A stretch of 63,887 bases of DNA, counting the filler, from Olpidium bornovanus S191 (lineage: Eukaryota > Fungi > Olpidiomycota): the NCBI GenBank assembly GCA_017911155.1. It is 32 parts of 32 records of this genome, joined end to end, with 100 filler letters (N's around TTAATTAATTAA, not from the genome) between each part and the next. Parts side by side here need not be neighbours in the genome. Positions count along the whole stretch, not along the records: positions 35,376 to 37,029 come from JAEFCI010003276.1; positions 37,130 to 38,918 come from JAEFCI010010831.1; positions 39,019 to 40,378 come from JAEFCI010000991.1; positions 40,479 to 41,604 come from JAEFCI010002868.1; positions 41,705 to 45,372 come from JAEFCI010008005.1; positions 45,473 to 46,559 come from JAEFCI010011464.1; positions 46,660 to 48,516 come from JAEFCI010002918.1; positions 48,617 to 52,136 come from JAEFCI010007053.1; 24 more parts are not named here. One strand, written 5' to 3'. The translations under genes were made by a program, and so were the position numbers. The notes below the pieces were generated by a model. That model was not told the origin of the DNA and ran no database searches. It worked only from the letters and a program-made list of their open reading frames with translations. Of this stretch, positions 36,871 to 48,779 are shown in pieces; the stretch's first letter is position 1; every line of letters begins with the position of its first letter.

Positions 36871-36995
36871 GAAAGCTCAAATCGAAAAGGGATCCTGCCA
36901 ATGGATCTCATGACCTGCCTACCCTGCCGACTTCATTTTTTTTCGAATTCCCGATTTTCGTTTTTTTCTTTTTTGGGCACGCTCAGCTTCCGTAC
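35440..36995. mobile_element. Foldback/MITE-like non-coding element with ~115-bp terminal inverted repeats
   Basis: The left end GTACGGAAGCTGAACGCGCCC...GAGATCCGTTGGCAGAATCCCTTTTCG is the reverse complement (few mismatches) of the right end CGAAAAGGGATCCTGCCAATGGATCTC...GGGCACGCTCAGCTTCCGTAC. Inner inverted sub-repeats lie near 35960-36030 and 36790-36825. No transposase ORF. Confidence 0.65.
36090..36602 (+). repeat. Pair of ~76-bp direct repeats (36090-36165 and 36526-36602)
   Basis: TGGTAGTCCCTTTGACAC..GATTTATTTG.AAAGTGGT.G.TTGG.TAGGATAGGTACAGATATCGCCGCAT occurs twice, about 437 bp apart. Confidence 0.9.
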
Positions 36996-37374
36996 TTTTT
37001 GCCTTGCCCGGCGGGGCGGCCGCGACTCGNNNNNNNNNNNNNNNNNNNNNNNNNNNNNNNNNNNNNNNNNNNNTTAATTAATTAANNNNNNNNNNNNNNN
37101 NNNNNNNNNNNNNNNNNNNNNNNNNNNNNAACGAGATGTTGCAAGGTCTGGGGCGGGCCTTGAACGCGACACGGCCACACCGCGCCCGCCATCCCCTGCC
37201 TACAAAATGCCGACAGCAGCGTTTCCAGGGACGTGCGCTGCAGAGCCATGGTCCCGAGTCCGGACGCGAAAAAAGAAAACCCAGGTGGTCCCCTGCCCCC
37301 GCCAGGGGGGGGGGGGGGAATTGTCCGGCCCGTTTCGAAAGAATCAGGTGTGCGAGAGCGGCGGCAAGGCGACC

Positions 37375-38613
37375 TCATGGGGCCGGGGGATTGCCTTTTG
37401 ATCCATTTTTCCGTGAGGGCGCCTCCTCGTTCATCTGAGCAAGTTTCCGTTCCAGCGCTTCGATTTTCGAGTTTGTCGTTCTGGAAAGAAACGTTTGATG
37501 CGGGCCGCAAGGAGATAGTCGTGTCAGTCAAAGGGTTGCGGTTCAGCGATCCGAGAGCACACACACCAACGTCGATTTGCATACGCTGCCATGGACATCT
37601 TGTGCGTCTTCAGCAACGAAAACGAGGAAGGACGACCCGTTGATACCCCGGTTCTCATTGGCCCGCCACCTGGGCGTCGCTCGATGTCGTCTGTGTGTCC
37701 GTAGGGAGCCTGAAAGTGACAGGAAGGTGACCAGGAAGAACAGGTGCGTCGTGACATGAAGGGCTGAAGGCACAAAATCTGAAGGCAATAACAACCAAAC
37801 TCGGCGACGAACCACCCCCCCCCCCCTTCCCCCCCCGAAGGGACGTAAAGCCTGTACCGATTTTGAGTACGACACAACCATCGGTCTCTTCTTCAACACC
37901 TTCTTGTTGAGCTGATCTTTCGCGCGCCCAGCTTCCTTGTTCGAGGGGCCGTGGAAAGCGCAGGGAGAAAAATACGTCGGTAAGCAGAAATTTCGCGGTT
38001 TGGAAATCGGGCGTTCCGGCGAAAGCGGCGAAAACGGACCTCCGGTAAGCTGAACTCGATAAAACTGTAACCTCGCGACTGGCCCTTCTTCTCGCCGTGC
38101 GAATGAAACATCTGCGGGAAAGGGGAGAAAACGCCGTGAGCACGGCTTTGCCGGAAGACCGGGCTGACCGCGCCACCGCGGGGGAGGGTTGATCCCCCCT
38201 CCCGCGGCCGCCCCGGCCCGTTTGCACACACGCACAAAGTCCAGCCGAGTTATCTTGCCGAAGGGCTCGAAGAGCCGCAGGAGGGTGTACTCGTTCACGG
38301 ACTGGTCAAGGTTGCCGACGTACAGCCTCCGCCTGTTCACGTCGCCGCCGCAGGCGCCGGCGAAGTGGCCGCCGGAGGAACCGCCGCGCACGGCGCCTCG
38401 GCTCCTACCGTGGGCGTCGGCAGCCGGCGATCGGGCTGCTGTCGAACGCCCGAGGGGATTCGGCGCGGAGGCTGCTGCCGGGGCCGCCGGCGACGACGCG
38501 CCGGGTTGGCGGGCAGGGAGGCGGCCGGCGGCATGAGGAGCGGATGCGGATGCGGAGGAGGGGCGGCCGGCGGCTGGCGGAGCGGGTACAGAGGACGGAC
38601 AGCCGGCGGACAT
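37375..38613 (-). CDS. RBM18: RNA-binding protein RBM18-like (single RRM), multi-exon
   Basis: RRLYVGNLDQSVNEYTLLRLFEPFGKITRLDF|MFHSHGEKKGQSRGYSFIEFSLPE|EAGRAKDQLNKKVL and a C-terminal KIEALERKLAQM, matching RBM18 motifs (GNLDxxxxEY.LL...FDFLFH..G..GQPRGY; KIKAIEAKL). Confidence 0.8.
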
Positions 38614-38768
38614 GCCGGCCGCGGGCCAGAGCGTTTCTCCGGCGAGGCTGGGCACGACGGCCGCTAAGAGGCGGTCTCTCTGGCCGGGGAAAAAAAAAAA
38701 AAAAAATCCTGGCAGCGGAGGACAAGGAGTTTTGAGACGGAGTCAGACGAAAACTAAAGAAAGAAAGA

Positions 38769-38805
<37 letters not shown>

Positions 38806-38881
38806 CCCCGGGCCGGGGCCCAAAAAAAAAGGGCCCCCCAAATTCCCAGCCCCCCCAAGGGGGGGGGGGGATTCCCCCGGG

Positions 38882-38913
<32 letters not shown>

Positions 38914-39018
38914 GCGCGNNNNNNNNNNNNNNNNNNNNNNNNNNNNNNNNNNNNNNNNNNNNTTAATTAATTAANNNNNNNNNNNNNNNNNNNNNNNNNN
39001 NNNNNNNNNNNNNNNNNN

Positions 39019-40378
39019 CATGCTGCAGACACTCGGGGCACGCCGAGTGCGAGTGCGAGAAGGTACTTCACCGTCTTTTTCGGCGCACTGGCGATGAGAT
39101 ACACCCGCTCTACCGTCCCCGCCGCGTAACGCTGCGCCGAAGTCAGGCCCGCATCACCCGCCCGGACGCGCCTGCGGCAGCCGTCGGAGGGCGATAGCAG
39201 GGATGAGAAGTCTGGAAATATCATACCGCCCCCCGATCGGATCTGGTTTTCGACACTGTCGCGCGTAACGCGTATCACGGACTTGAGGTCGACTTTGTTT
39301 TTCGTCGCCCAGACGAAGGCAAAAACGCCGGTCGGCAGTCAAATGATTCAGCGTCCCAGAGTCTCGAGTCAGACAACAACGCCGTTTTCTCCACACACTC
39401 ACACTCCTCGTCCTCCGGAACCTCGTCGTTCGCGACGTCAACCTTGGTAACCACAAACCCGCAAGATCGAAATATCGCCGACGCAGCCAGGATGGGGGCC
39501 GGAGTAACGCGGTTCTTTGCGGGTTTCTTGACTTTCGAAGGCGGAGATTCCACAAGATGTGGCAAGGCCGCGATTGCCGCTGCCCTGCGCGGCGGAGATG
39601 TCCACTCTGAATTCTCCGTGGGTAGCGCCGTGTGGCCGCGTTTTGTCCTTAAATTCGACTTCCGCGATATTCTTGCCTGCTTGAGCATCGCCGGCGGGGC
39701 TGGAGCAAGTGGAGGCTCTTCATCCTCCTCTTCTGCATCGGTCGCCGGAGGCGGCGACTCGGATTCCAATCTCTCCGCCTCCAAAGGCGCGTGCAACGGC
39801 GTGCCGTCCGAGATCTCCGAAACGTAATCTGGATCTACTGCATCATTCTCCTCATCCGATAACGAGGAGATCGGGGACGTCGACGGCGACGATAAATTCT
39901 CGTCTAACCGCCCCATTGCCGACGAATATTTTCGAGGCAACATCGAGGTGCCCATCTTCCTGCCTCGGTCGGACGCCGTCGTCCGTCCCCGTGAGGAGGC
40001 CGCCGTCTTTTCCTTCGTTGGTGCGAGTCCCAGCTTCGCGGATGATTTTCGAGCGTTGGAGGCCGGCATCCGTGGGGCCGCTCTCAGTTGTGCGCCAGAC
40101 GCTGTGCCGGAATGATCCGAATGGGGAATGGCGGCCGACCTCGACAACGAAACGACATCCGACGGCGTGATGTGCGTTGAGGAAGACATCGCCGCGCGGC
40201 CCCCACGGGTTTCCTGGTGTGCGCTTGGATCACCAGGATTGCCATTTGTGGTAGTCGAGCTCTTAATTTGGTGTCGCTTCGGCATTTTGGCTCTATCGGG
40301 TGGTGCAAACTTCCCACGCCTCGTCTTCACAGCATCTGCCGGTGTGCTGGCAGACCGAACTGCTGTTGACGGGCCATG
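39019..40378 (-). CDS. Rad9/Crb2/53BP1-like checkpoint mediator, disordered region plus first BRCT
   Basis: Long S/P/acidic exon, then SAIFRSCGFVVT...|ENQIRSGGGMIFPDF...VYLIASAPKKTVKYLLALALGVPRVSAA, the BRCT signature LIAxxxxRTxKYLxALALGxP. Confidence 0.7.
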
Positions 40379-40679
40379 NNNNNNNNNNNNNNNNNNNNNN
40401 NNNNNNNNNNNNNNNNNNNNNNTTAATTAATTAANNNNNNNNNNNNNNNNNNNNNNNNNNNNNNNNNNNNNNNNNNNNCATGCGGAACGCTCCGGCGGCC
40501 CACGCGCCCTTCCCGTGTCCTTCCCTGCGTCACGGGGGAAGAATGATGGTGCGAAATCTGAACTTCTGCGAGCGGCGGGGTTGGGAACGGTAGCAGAAGG
40601 ATGTGCGAGGCCGCCGCAAACGGAGATTCTGAGGGAGAACTTGCCACGCTGACAGAGTTCGTGCTCGTTTTGTAACATT

Positions 40680-40714
<35 letters not shown>

Positions 40715-40789
40715 GCCACTTCTCCCCTTTCCCCTCCCCCCACCTCCGCGCCCGGCCTCCCACCTCCGGGAAAAAAAAAGTCGCCGGTG

Positions 40790-41389
40790 ATGATGCCCGA
40801 TCATCCAGGCAACGACGGGCCGTCCTGGTTGATGAACGAGGTCGGCTGCGCGGCGGAGCCGTGGGACTCGTTTTCTCTTTTCAGCAACGGGGATCTCCCT
40901 CCGCAGCCGTCACCCTCCACCCCATACCCTTCCTCCTCCATCTGCCCGGGTGACCATCATCATCATTATCGGCACCACCACCGCAATCATCATCGTCATC
41001 ATTACTGTCACGGAGGCGCCGGCGGCGCCGACAAAATGACGATGATGCCGCCGGACGCCGACGCCGTCTGCGACTGGTCCCAGAGCCCGGGCCCGTGGCA
41101 GGGCGGCGGCGGCGGCGGGATGATGATGATGCCGCCGGACGCCGACGGCGCCTACGACTGGTCCCAGAGCCCGGGCCCGTGGCAAGTGGGCGGCGGCGGG
41201 GGGATGATGATGATGCCGCCGAGCGCAGCCGCCAACGATTGGTGTCAGAGCTCGGGGCGGTGGCACGGCGACGGCGGCTTCGAAACTGGCCCCGCCGGGT
41301 TCTTGGACTTGGACAAGCTGTACGATAACCTCATGGCAAGTTTGCGGTGGGGGGGGGGGGGAAGGGGGCGGCGGGTTGTGGGAGGATAA
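40790..41389 (+). CDS. Orphan ORF with His-rich tract and 28-aa tandem repeats
   Basis: About 200 open codons: HHHHYRHHHRNHHRHH, then three units of MMMPPDADxxxDWSQSPGPWQGGGGGG with an 84-nt period (41041, 41125, ~41209). Confidence 0.55.
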   Translation: MMPDHPGNDGPSWLMNEVGCAAEPWDSFSLFSNGDLPPQPSPSTPYPSSSICPGDHHHHYRHHHRNHHRHHYCHGGAGGADKMTMMPPDADAVCDWSQSPGPWQGGGGGGMMMMPPDADGAYDWSQSPGPWQVGGGGGMMMMPPSAAANDWCQSSGRWHGDGGFETGPAGFLDLDKLYDNLMASLRWGGGGRGRRVVGG

Positions 41390-41471
41390 CTGCGGTGATT
41401 GTCGCACCCGCCTCATATCCCTTCCCCGCCCTTCCCGTCCCGTCCCACGTTTTCTCCCGTGGCCCCGGGGT

Positions 41472-41529
<58 letters not shown>

Positions 41530-42296
41530 GTGACAGACCTAGCTATGCCAGGGCCAAACGTTCCACGTCTGCGGCCGCCATACCAAGCTGCCGACGTTGC
41601 CATGNNNNNNNNNNNNNNNNNNNNNNNNNNNNNNNNNNNNNNNNNNNNTTAATTAATTAANNNNNNNNNNNNNNNNNNNNNNNNNNNNNNNNNNNNNNNN
41701 NNNNAAGCGACGACCGCACGTTCGCGCAGGTCGCGCAAAAGTCGCACAAATCGCAAAATCCTTGCGTTTTATGAAACAAAACGTTTCAGCCACACAATTC
41801 TTTGAACAAAAAGCAGACAACATGGCCGTAAATGAGTGAGACGTGAGATAACCTTGAAGTTTGAACGCTGCAAAATCCCTCTGATTACGGTCCCTTTGCA
41901 CGTCGTTTCCTAGAGGGCTGTCCCGTCGTGGGTATACGCTAATTTTGACGAAAGTCGAAAAGAGCAAAAACAACGTCGCAGTAAAAACAAAAAAAGCAGC
42001 ACGGAAATGGAACAGCCAATCACGTAGCGAAGGCACAAAACTATTGAAGAGGAGTGGGAACGAAAAGACTTGTCTTATTACGTGGGAAAGTGCGTTTCAG
42101 CGGAGAAAGGTTTGGACGCCGAAAACAAGAGAAAACAGTAAGGGAACGCGGAGACTTGAACGGGTGCGAATAAAATAGAAATAAACGATGGCAATAATAA
42201 TAGGAGCAAAAAAAACGCCTGCTATATCAACGACTTCCACTCCAGCCGAAGTTTCCAGCAGATGTAACCCACGGGAAGCGAAGAAAAACCCGTGAT

Positions 42297-44234
42297 CTAC
42301 TTTAGCGACTTCGCCCAGCCTTCCAAATCGACTTTATCCTCTGCCGACTTTATGGCGAACTCGTGCTTCGCAAGTTCAGCCGGCGTCGGCCGCTTGGCAG
42401 GGTCCTTTTCTAGGCTTCGCGTATATCGCGGACATAAAGAGAACAGCTTCTGTCGGCGGAGATGACCAAAACGAGTTCGCCGCAGAGGAGAGCAAAACAA
42501 AAGGATCTTCAGGAAGCGGTGGGATCCTTACGTCTTAGATATGAACTCCTCAAATAAAGGTGGAAACTCCCCCGGCGGTAACTTCGGCGCAGGCTCGTGG
42601 ACGATGTACTCCAGGAGCTCGAAGATGATTGAAAGAGGTTTGCCTTCCGGCGGGAATGGAAACCGCCCCAGGGCCAGCTCCATGAGGGTTAGCCCCAAAG
42701 ACCATACGTCTGACTGGACAGAGTACTTGGCGCCCTGGATCCTTTCCGGCTAAAATTCCACAAAAGGAAAGCATTTCAACGAGAACTGTCTTCCAAAAGC
42801 GGAGGTCGCAGGGACACTTCCGCTGCCCAGACAGCTGAATATCGCCACTGATTGATCGCTAGAGCCCCGCTGTTCTGTCCAACGTACAGACATGTAGGAG
42901 CTCGTTCCAACGAAAGTGTTAGCGATCGAGTTTATGAGCTGCCCTGACACCCCAAAATCGCAGATCTTTATGTGACCCTGGGAGTTGACTAAGATGTTTG
43001 ATGGCTTGACGTCTGCGGGAAACCGTGCGGGCCGCCGGTTCGGAGACAGATTTCAAGGCAAACAATAATGTTCAACCAGGTCAGCGCGAGAAAGTCTGGG
43101 TACGCCAATTACGTTCAAGCCGGAAACACTCCCTCCCCGGCCCATCCATTCAGGAGCGAAAACGTGATGGAGTGTTACCGCGATGTATAATCCTGTGCGT
43201 CTCGTACAAATAAATCAACCCGCTGAGCACGGCGTTTGTGATCTTCCCCACAACATTTAACGCAATTGGTCCGTTCTTCTTGTATATCGCGTCCAGAGAG
43301 CTATTCATTTGCCGGACCAAAATTCATCAGATAGCAAATTCCTGCGTCAAATTTCACTATCGGACGTGTCTGTGCAATCTCGACTGAAACAATTGCATTC
43401 TTCCCCTCGACCTCACCCTCTATCCATATACTCCATGCAGATTGATACGTCGCCTTCACCCATGAAGGCACCGTAAAAGGAGACGATGTGCTTCGAGTTG
43501 CAGTCGTGAAGGACCTGCAGCTCCCGCACAATCTGATTCCGTATGCTCGGCTTCCCTTCGACGAGGATCAGCTGGGACGTGCGGCAAATCGAGAGGAAAA
43601 TGTAAGCGAAGCACGAGGGAAGCCTCGGGCGATGAGAAAAGAGGTATCGCAGAGAGAGGCCAGGAGGCGGTACACGGCCACTACACAAGCAAGCGGTTGT
43701 CGCTCGAGGTGTATTCGGGGCTGAGAACGCCGCCTTTTTGTTCCGAGTCTGGAAACGGCCCAGGCGCAGTTTCCCCGTACTTCTAGGCGGCTTTCAATGC
43801 TCCTTGTTGCGGAAACGCCGTCGACTTCGCTCCTCCGGCCCCTTCCTCTTCGATACTCGAATTCCTCTCTCCCTCCGCACCTTCTTCGCCATTATCTTCT
43901 GGGTCGGAATGTGCAAGATCTTGCAGACGGTGCCCCCGTTTCCGGCCCCCAGCTCCTCAAGAGTCTGCAGGTCTTCGACCCTGAGATCTAGCTTCATCTC
44001 TACGCCGATCTCGAGCTCGGACAGCTGGTGGGAGATGTCCGCGGTGACCTCGGCCCGCGAGGCGGACCTGTTCTCGTCGCCAGCCGCAGCCCCGCCGACG
44101 CCGTCATGGCCATCCCCTCTCGCACCTGCCCCTTCCGACGCGCTCCGCTGCGGCAGCAGCAGCCCCTTGAAGTTCCGCTTCTTCCGTATGGAGGCGGGAG
44201 TGCTCGGTGACCCCGAGCCGGGCGTCCCCGACAT
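42297..44234 (-). CDS. STE7: MAP kinase kinase STE7/Fuz7/MEK1-type, complete, six exons
   Basis: Docking motif [11 protein letters not shown]; [10 protein letters not shown]; [23 protein letters not shown]; [17 protein letters not shown]; [33 protein letters not shown]; DVWSLG. All introns GT-AG. Stop at 42297-42299. Confidence 0.96.
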
Positions 44235-44689
44235 GGCGGGTGGGAAGGGGAGGGGAGGCGGGTCGGCGGTGGGGTTTTCGCTGTTGCGGGCGGGCCGTCC
44301 CGGGCGCCTGGTTCGGCCGCTCTGACGTTCCGGACACCTTTCGGGGCCCCTTTTTCCACCACCCCTCCCGTTTTCAGCGCCCGCAGAAAAATAAAAAAAG
44401 AAGAAAAAAAATTCTGCGGACTAAGAACGGCTCTGCGAGCGTCGGTTTCTCGTTGAGCCGAGATTTTTGTGAACGTGCGAGAAGGGCCGGATAAGGATGG
44501 GGAAGGATGGAGAGGGAAAAGGATGTTGCTTGCGCTCGCAAGTGCTACATTTATGGGCACTGGTCGAGAGTGGTTTTGCGCGTGCCCTTGCTGCCCTCGG
44601 CGCGTTATTAGGAGCCGCGCGCACGGACACGCAGCAGCCTGTTTCTTTCTTTTAACGGCCAGATTTGACGCCTTGGCAATTACTCCGTA

Positions 44690-45370
44690 GCACAACACGC
44701 TGTGCCCCGCCTTTTGCTCGACAGTACAAACTGCCTCTCAAGTACTCATGCTTGGCCGACTTCGAAAAGTTATTCATAACTGGCTACTCGTGGTCCAGTA
44801 AGGTGTACCGGCTTTGGGATCCAAAGACAGACGCAATCGTCGAGTATGATGTGACCGTAGATGATTCCCAATCGTATAATCCGACGGATACAAGGCCAGA
44901 CGACTCACCCTTTGCAGTCATTAGCACCTCCCGCACAATCACGGAAGTCTGGTTCGACCAATGCACAAAGGGCAGAAATCTCCAACTTAAGGCGAGATGG
45001 TACAACGGAAGCGTTTTACGTGAAGACGAAACGACCTTAATTCATATACCGGGACTCTTCACGGGATCCTGCAACCAGATGAATTTGCCAATACCGCCCA
45101 AAAAATGCCTAATTACTGGTCGAACCCGCCAAAGAGGAAGCTCTAGGAGCTGCCGCAACGGCGAGCCAATCGTCCGCTCGAACCGCAAACGTACCACGAG
45201 GCAATGAATGGAGACGAGGCGACGCAATGGCAAGGGGCTATGCAATTCAAGGTCAACACCCTGGAAAGAATTCCCGGCCTGGGAACCCAAGATCTAGGCA
45301 ATGTCACATTCTCCGAGAACGATGGGTGTGGGCGGAAACTACACCCAGACAAGCATCAGTAAGTACCATG
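44690..45370 (+). mobile_element. Ty1/copia pol remnant (integrase C-terminus and degraded start of RT)
   Basis: EKLFITGYSWSSKVYRLWDPKTDAIVEYDVTVDD matches copia FxGY...KxYRLWDP...DVxFDE. A later CHILRERWVW resembles the RT start I..KWVF. Confidence 0.65.
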
Positions 45371-45472
45371 CANNNNNNNNNNNNNNNNNNNNNNNNNNNN
45401 NNNNNNNNNNNNNNNNTTAATTAATTAANNNNNNNNNNNNNNNNNNNNNNNNNNNNNNNNNNNNNNNNNNNN

Positions 45473-45521
<49 letters not shown>

Positions 45522-45654
45522 CGCGGGGGGGGGCGCCCCGCCCCCCCCCCCCCCCCCCCCCCTCCTCCCCCCCCCCAAACCCCCCCCGCCCCCCCCCCCC
45601 CCCCCCCCCCCCGGACCCCCCCCCCCCCCCCCCCCCCCCTCTTTCCCCCCCCTT

Positions 45655-45685
<31 letters not shown>

Positions 45686-45877
45686 CCCTCCCCCCGCCGC
45701 GGCCTCTCTTCGTCGAGGGCGCGTTGCCCCGTCGCCCGAGTGAGGCCGCGGCGGGTTGCGGAAAACTGCTGCTTTGGCGCCGACCGCCCTTCATCTCCCA
45801 CCCGCCCGTTTCTTGGAATGCCGCCAGGGGGGGGAGGGTCTAACCGCCCTTTCTCCCTCTCCCGCGCGCTTTTTCAG

Positions 45878-46559
45878 GAGCCATTGGTATCGACCTCGGT
45901 ACCACCTACTCCTGCGTCGCCGTCTGGACCCAGGAATCCGAGCGTGTCGAAATTATCCCTAACGAGCAGGTACGAAAGCGTCGGAAAAACTCGCCGCCGC
46001 CCGTTTCCTCGGACTGTCTGAAACCGAGTTAATTTTTTTCTCGAGCTGGTGCACGGTTGCTGATTTTCCCGGTTCAACCAACTTGCAGGGAAACCGTACG
46101 ACCCCCTCTTATGTCGCTTTCCTCGGCAACGGTACGTTTGCTTCCGCTATCGCGCTCACTGCCACTTTGCTACGTCGACAACGGCATGCGCCGTGTCGAG
46201 CTGGTGCCAACCGCTTCCTATTTGTTGTGCAGAGCGCTTGATTGGCGATGCTGCCAAGAACCAGGCCGCTATGAACCCGCGTAACACCGTGTTCGACGCC
46301 AAGCGTCTCATTGGGCGACGCTTCGATGAGCACTCCGTGAAGCAAGAGTACGTCTTGATGCTGTGGTGTTCCGCGTGTTTTCCTCGGGAACCGGGCGCAA
46401 TTCTGGAAGCAAAATCTGACTCATTATATTCCGAGCAGCATGGCGTACTGGCCTTTCAAGGTCGTCGACCGTGACGGTGCCCCTTACGTTGAGGTCGAGT
46501 ACCAGGGAGAGACCAAGCAGTTTTCCCCTCAGGAAATTTCTTCTATGGTGCTCGTCAAA
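45878..46559 (+). CDS. SSB1: Ribosome-associated Hsp70 (SSB-type), N-terminal exons
   Basis: [17 protein letters not shown]...VEIIPNEQ|[11 protein letters not shown]|[32 protein letters not shown]...|[11 protein letters not shown]...[31 protein letters not shown] and FSPQEIS favour SSB over SSA. Confidence 0.82.
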
Positions 46560-47039
46560 NNNNNNNNNNNNNNNNNNNNNNNNNNNNNNNNNNNNNNNNN
46601 NNNTTAATTAATTAANNNNNNNNNNNNNNNNNNNNNNNNNNNNNNNNNNNNNNNNNNNNATTGGCGGGCTTCGAGGGGGGAAGGGGGGAAGCGCTCTTCG
46701 ATTGGCGGGGTTCGAGGGGGGCTATTCTATTGGTCGGCCCCCGGGTTCGGGGGCAGTCCTGCCCTCGATCCCGCCGCCGCCTCCGCCCTTCGACCGCCTC
46801 TCGCCCTTTGCCCTGCGCCCTTTGCCCTGCGCCCTTTGCCTGCCGCCCCTCGCCCGCCACCCTTCGCCCGCCGCTCGCCTTCCGTGGCGTCGGTCGACGG
46901 GCGGTTCGAGGGCCGTGCTACAGCACATTTGCAGCATCCGCCTCGCAGCATCAGCAACTAGAGGAGGTGTAGCGAAACGACAGGCTGCACATTCTGTCTG
47001 TCGTCATACAACGCCAAATAGGCATAAATTGTCACCAAG

Positions 47040-47350
47040 TATAACCATGCACATGAAACTACACGGCGTTGACTGAGGAAGAGCTGCGGCTGCATCATCA
47101 GCATCGAGCTGTCCCAATGAGCAAAGAAGCCATGATACATTTGTTGACGGGCGCTGGGGTGAACACACCGTCAATTATGCGCATAATGGAAACGGAGGAG
47201 AAGCTAGGAGAAGCAGGAGAAACAAGTTCTCAGCCCATGCAAATAATTTTGCGGCCAAAGTCACAGCATGTGTAACATAGCAAAGCGTTGATGCCGCGTG
47301 ACATCGTCAATTGCATAGTCTCGTTCCAAAATCTGCGAGATATCAGTGCC
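47040..47350 (+). mobile_element. Degenerate MULE/FAR1-like transposase fragment
   Basis: LTEEELRLHHQHRAVP...IHLLTGAGVNTPSIMRI...LMPRDIVN resembles the HxH...L..AGV....I...KDIxN region of MULE transposases; it contains stops. Confidence 0.4.
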
Positions 47351-48261
47351 ATTTGAGGTGTCCTCCGGTGTCGTACTGCCGAAAAGGCAGCTTCCGGTAC
47401 TTTCGGAGTTGCTGCGCTCCTCGAAATCAGAGTCTTAATCATCAGCCTGGTTTCTCATAATGAGTTGTCGCCTTCTTTCTGTGTCTGCTCCTATCTCACT
47501 TGCAAAATCATTCCCCCAACCCTGCGGTATTCGAGCTTGATGCTGTCCTGTCTCGAGCGGCCGACCAGTTGTTCCGGCCCCTTTGGCTGCAAAGGCCGCT
47601 TTCAGGCTCCCCGTGCCCGGAGCCGGCAAAAGGCATTACCGCCCCGTTAGGGCGAATGACGCACCCTCCATCCTTTTGGCCCGCTCCTTGGCGCGGCGCT
47701 TCTGTCGCGGCTGCGCCGTCAAACCTCTTCGCTGCGAAACCGCCAAACCAATCAATCACGTGATGTCATTGTGGCGCCGGCACAAGCAGAGCTGCGCGCA
47801 TCACGTGACGGCATTGCGCCAAGATGAACAGCAGTTGGCTGCTGCGCTATGCTTCGCCCGCGCTGCGGCACCGGTCACGTGACCTCATCAAAGCTCAGAC
47901 TACCAGACACCGACAGTGTGAATGGTCGCCCGTCAAGTGACTCTCCAGACCAAGACCTAGACCTAGTGCGCATAGTGAAACCGCCTATATGGGATCCTAA
48001 ACACCAACGCGGTGGCGCAGCTGTCGAAGAACTTTTCCCTTGGAATATTCTCCGAGCCACTAACCAGTACCAGGTCCTACACTCTGATGCGCCCCATGCC
48101 ACGTCCCACGTAGGCCCGCTACCTAGAACCACACGTTGCGCGTCTTAGCGTGCCCGTGCGTGGCCGCCTTGCCGCTCCCGCGCCTTGCCACGCCCGCGTC
48201 CGCGTCCCGCGCGCGCATTCTGTAGATCCCTACAGATCTCTACAGATCCTGATCTGCAGGT

Positions 48262-48371
48262 CGAAAAGTCCCCATTACGAGGGATCGGGCCCGTGAGGCG
48301 GTTTTGACGGTTGGATCGGGGTTTTATCGGGATTTTGCGAGGTGCGAAACCGGTCGATTAACACCTCTCCG
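48262..48371 (+). repeat. Dispersed ~110-bp repeat, copy 2
   Basis: Aligns to 16561-16671. Preceded by short AGATC(C/T)CTAC repeats and a GC-rich tract. Confidence 0.85.
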
Positions 48372-48779
48372 GATACCACTAAAATCGCGACGGAGACCTC
48401 CAATCTCAACAAAAACCTCGCCGGCGTTCGGATACTCTCAATGTCGACGATTCGTACCGATGTCCCCAGTGGCAACGCCCATCGGGCCAGGCCCAGACCC
48501 AGACCCAGAACCATGANNNNNNNNNNNNNNNNNNNNNNNNNNNNNNNNNNNNNNNNNNNNTTAATTAATTAANNNNNNNNNNNNNNNNNNNNNNNNNNNN
48601 NNNNNNNNNNNNNNNNCATGGACGTAGCTCATTTGAGGGGTATCCACGGTTGATCAAGAGGCCACAAAGGCCAATTGCCTTCTGCCTGACTGCTTAAGGA
48701 CGCAAATGGCTAGATTTGATGTCACAATGTGCGTGGTCTGGTTCGTCGTGGCTGCAAAGTGTATCAAAATTTCGGTGTT

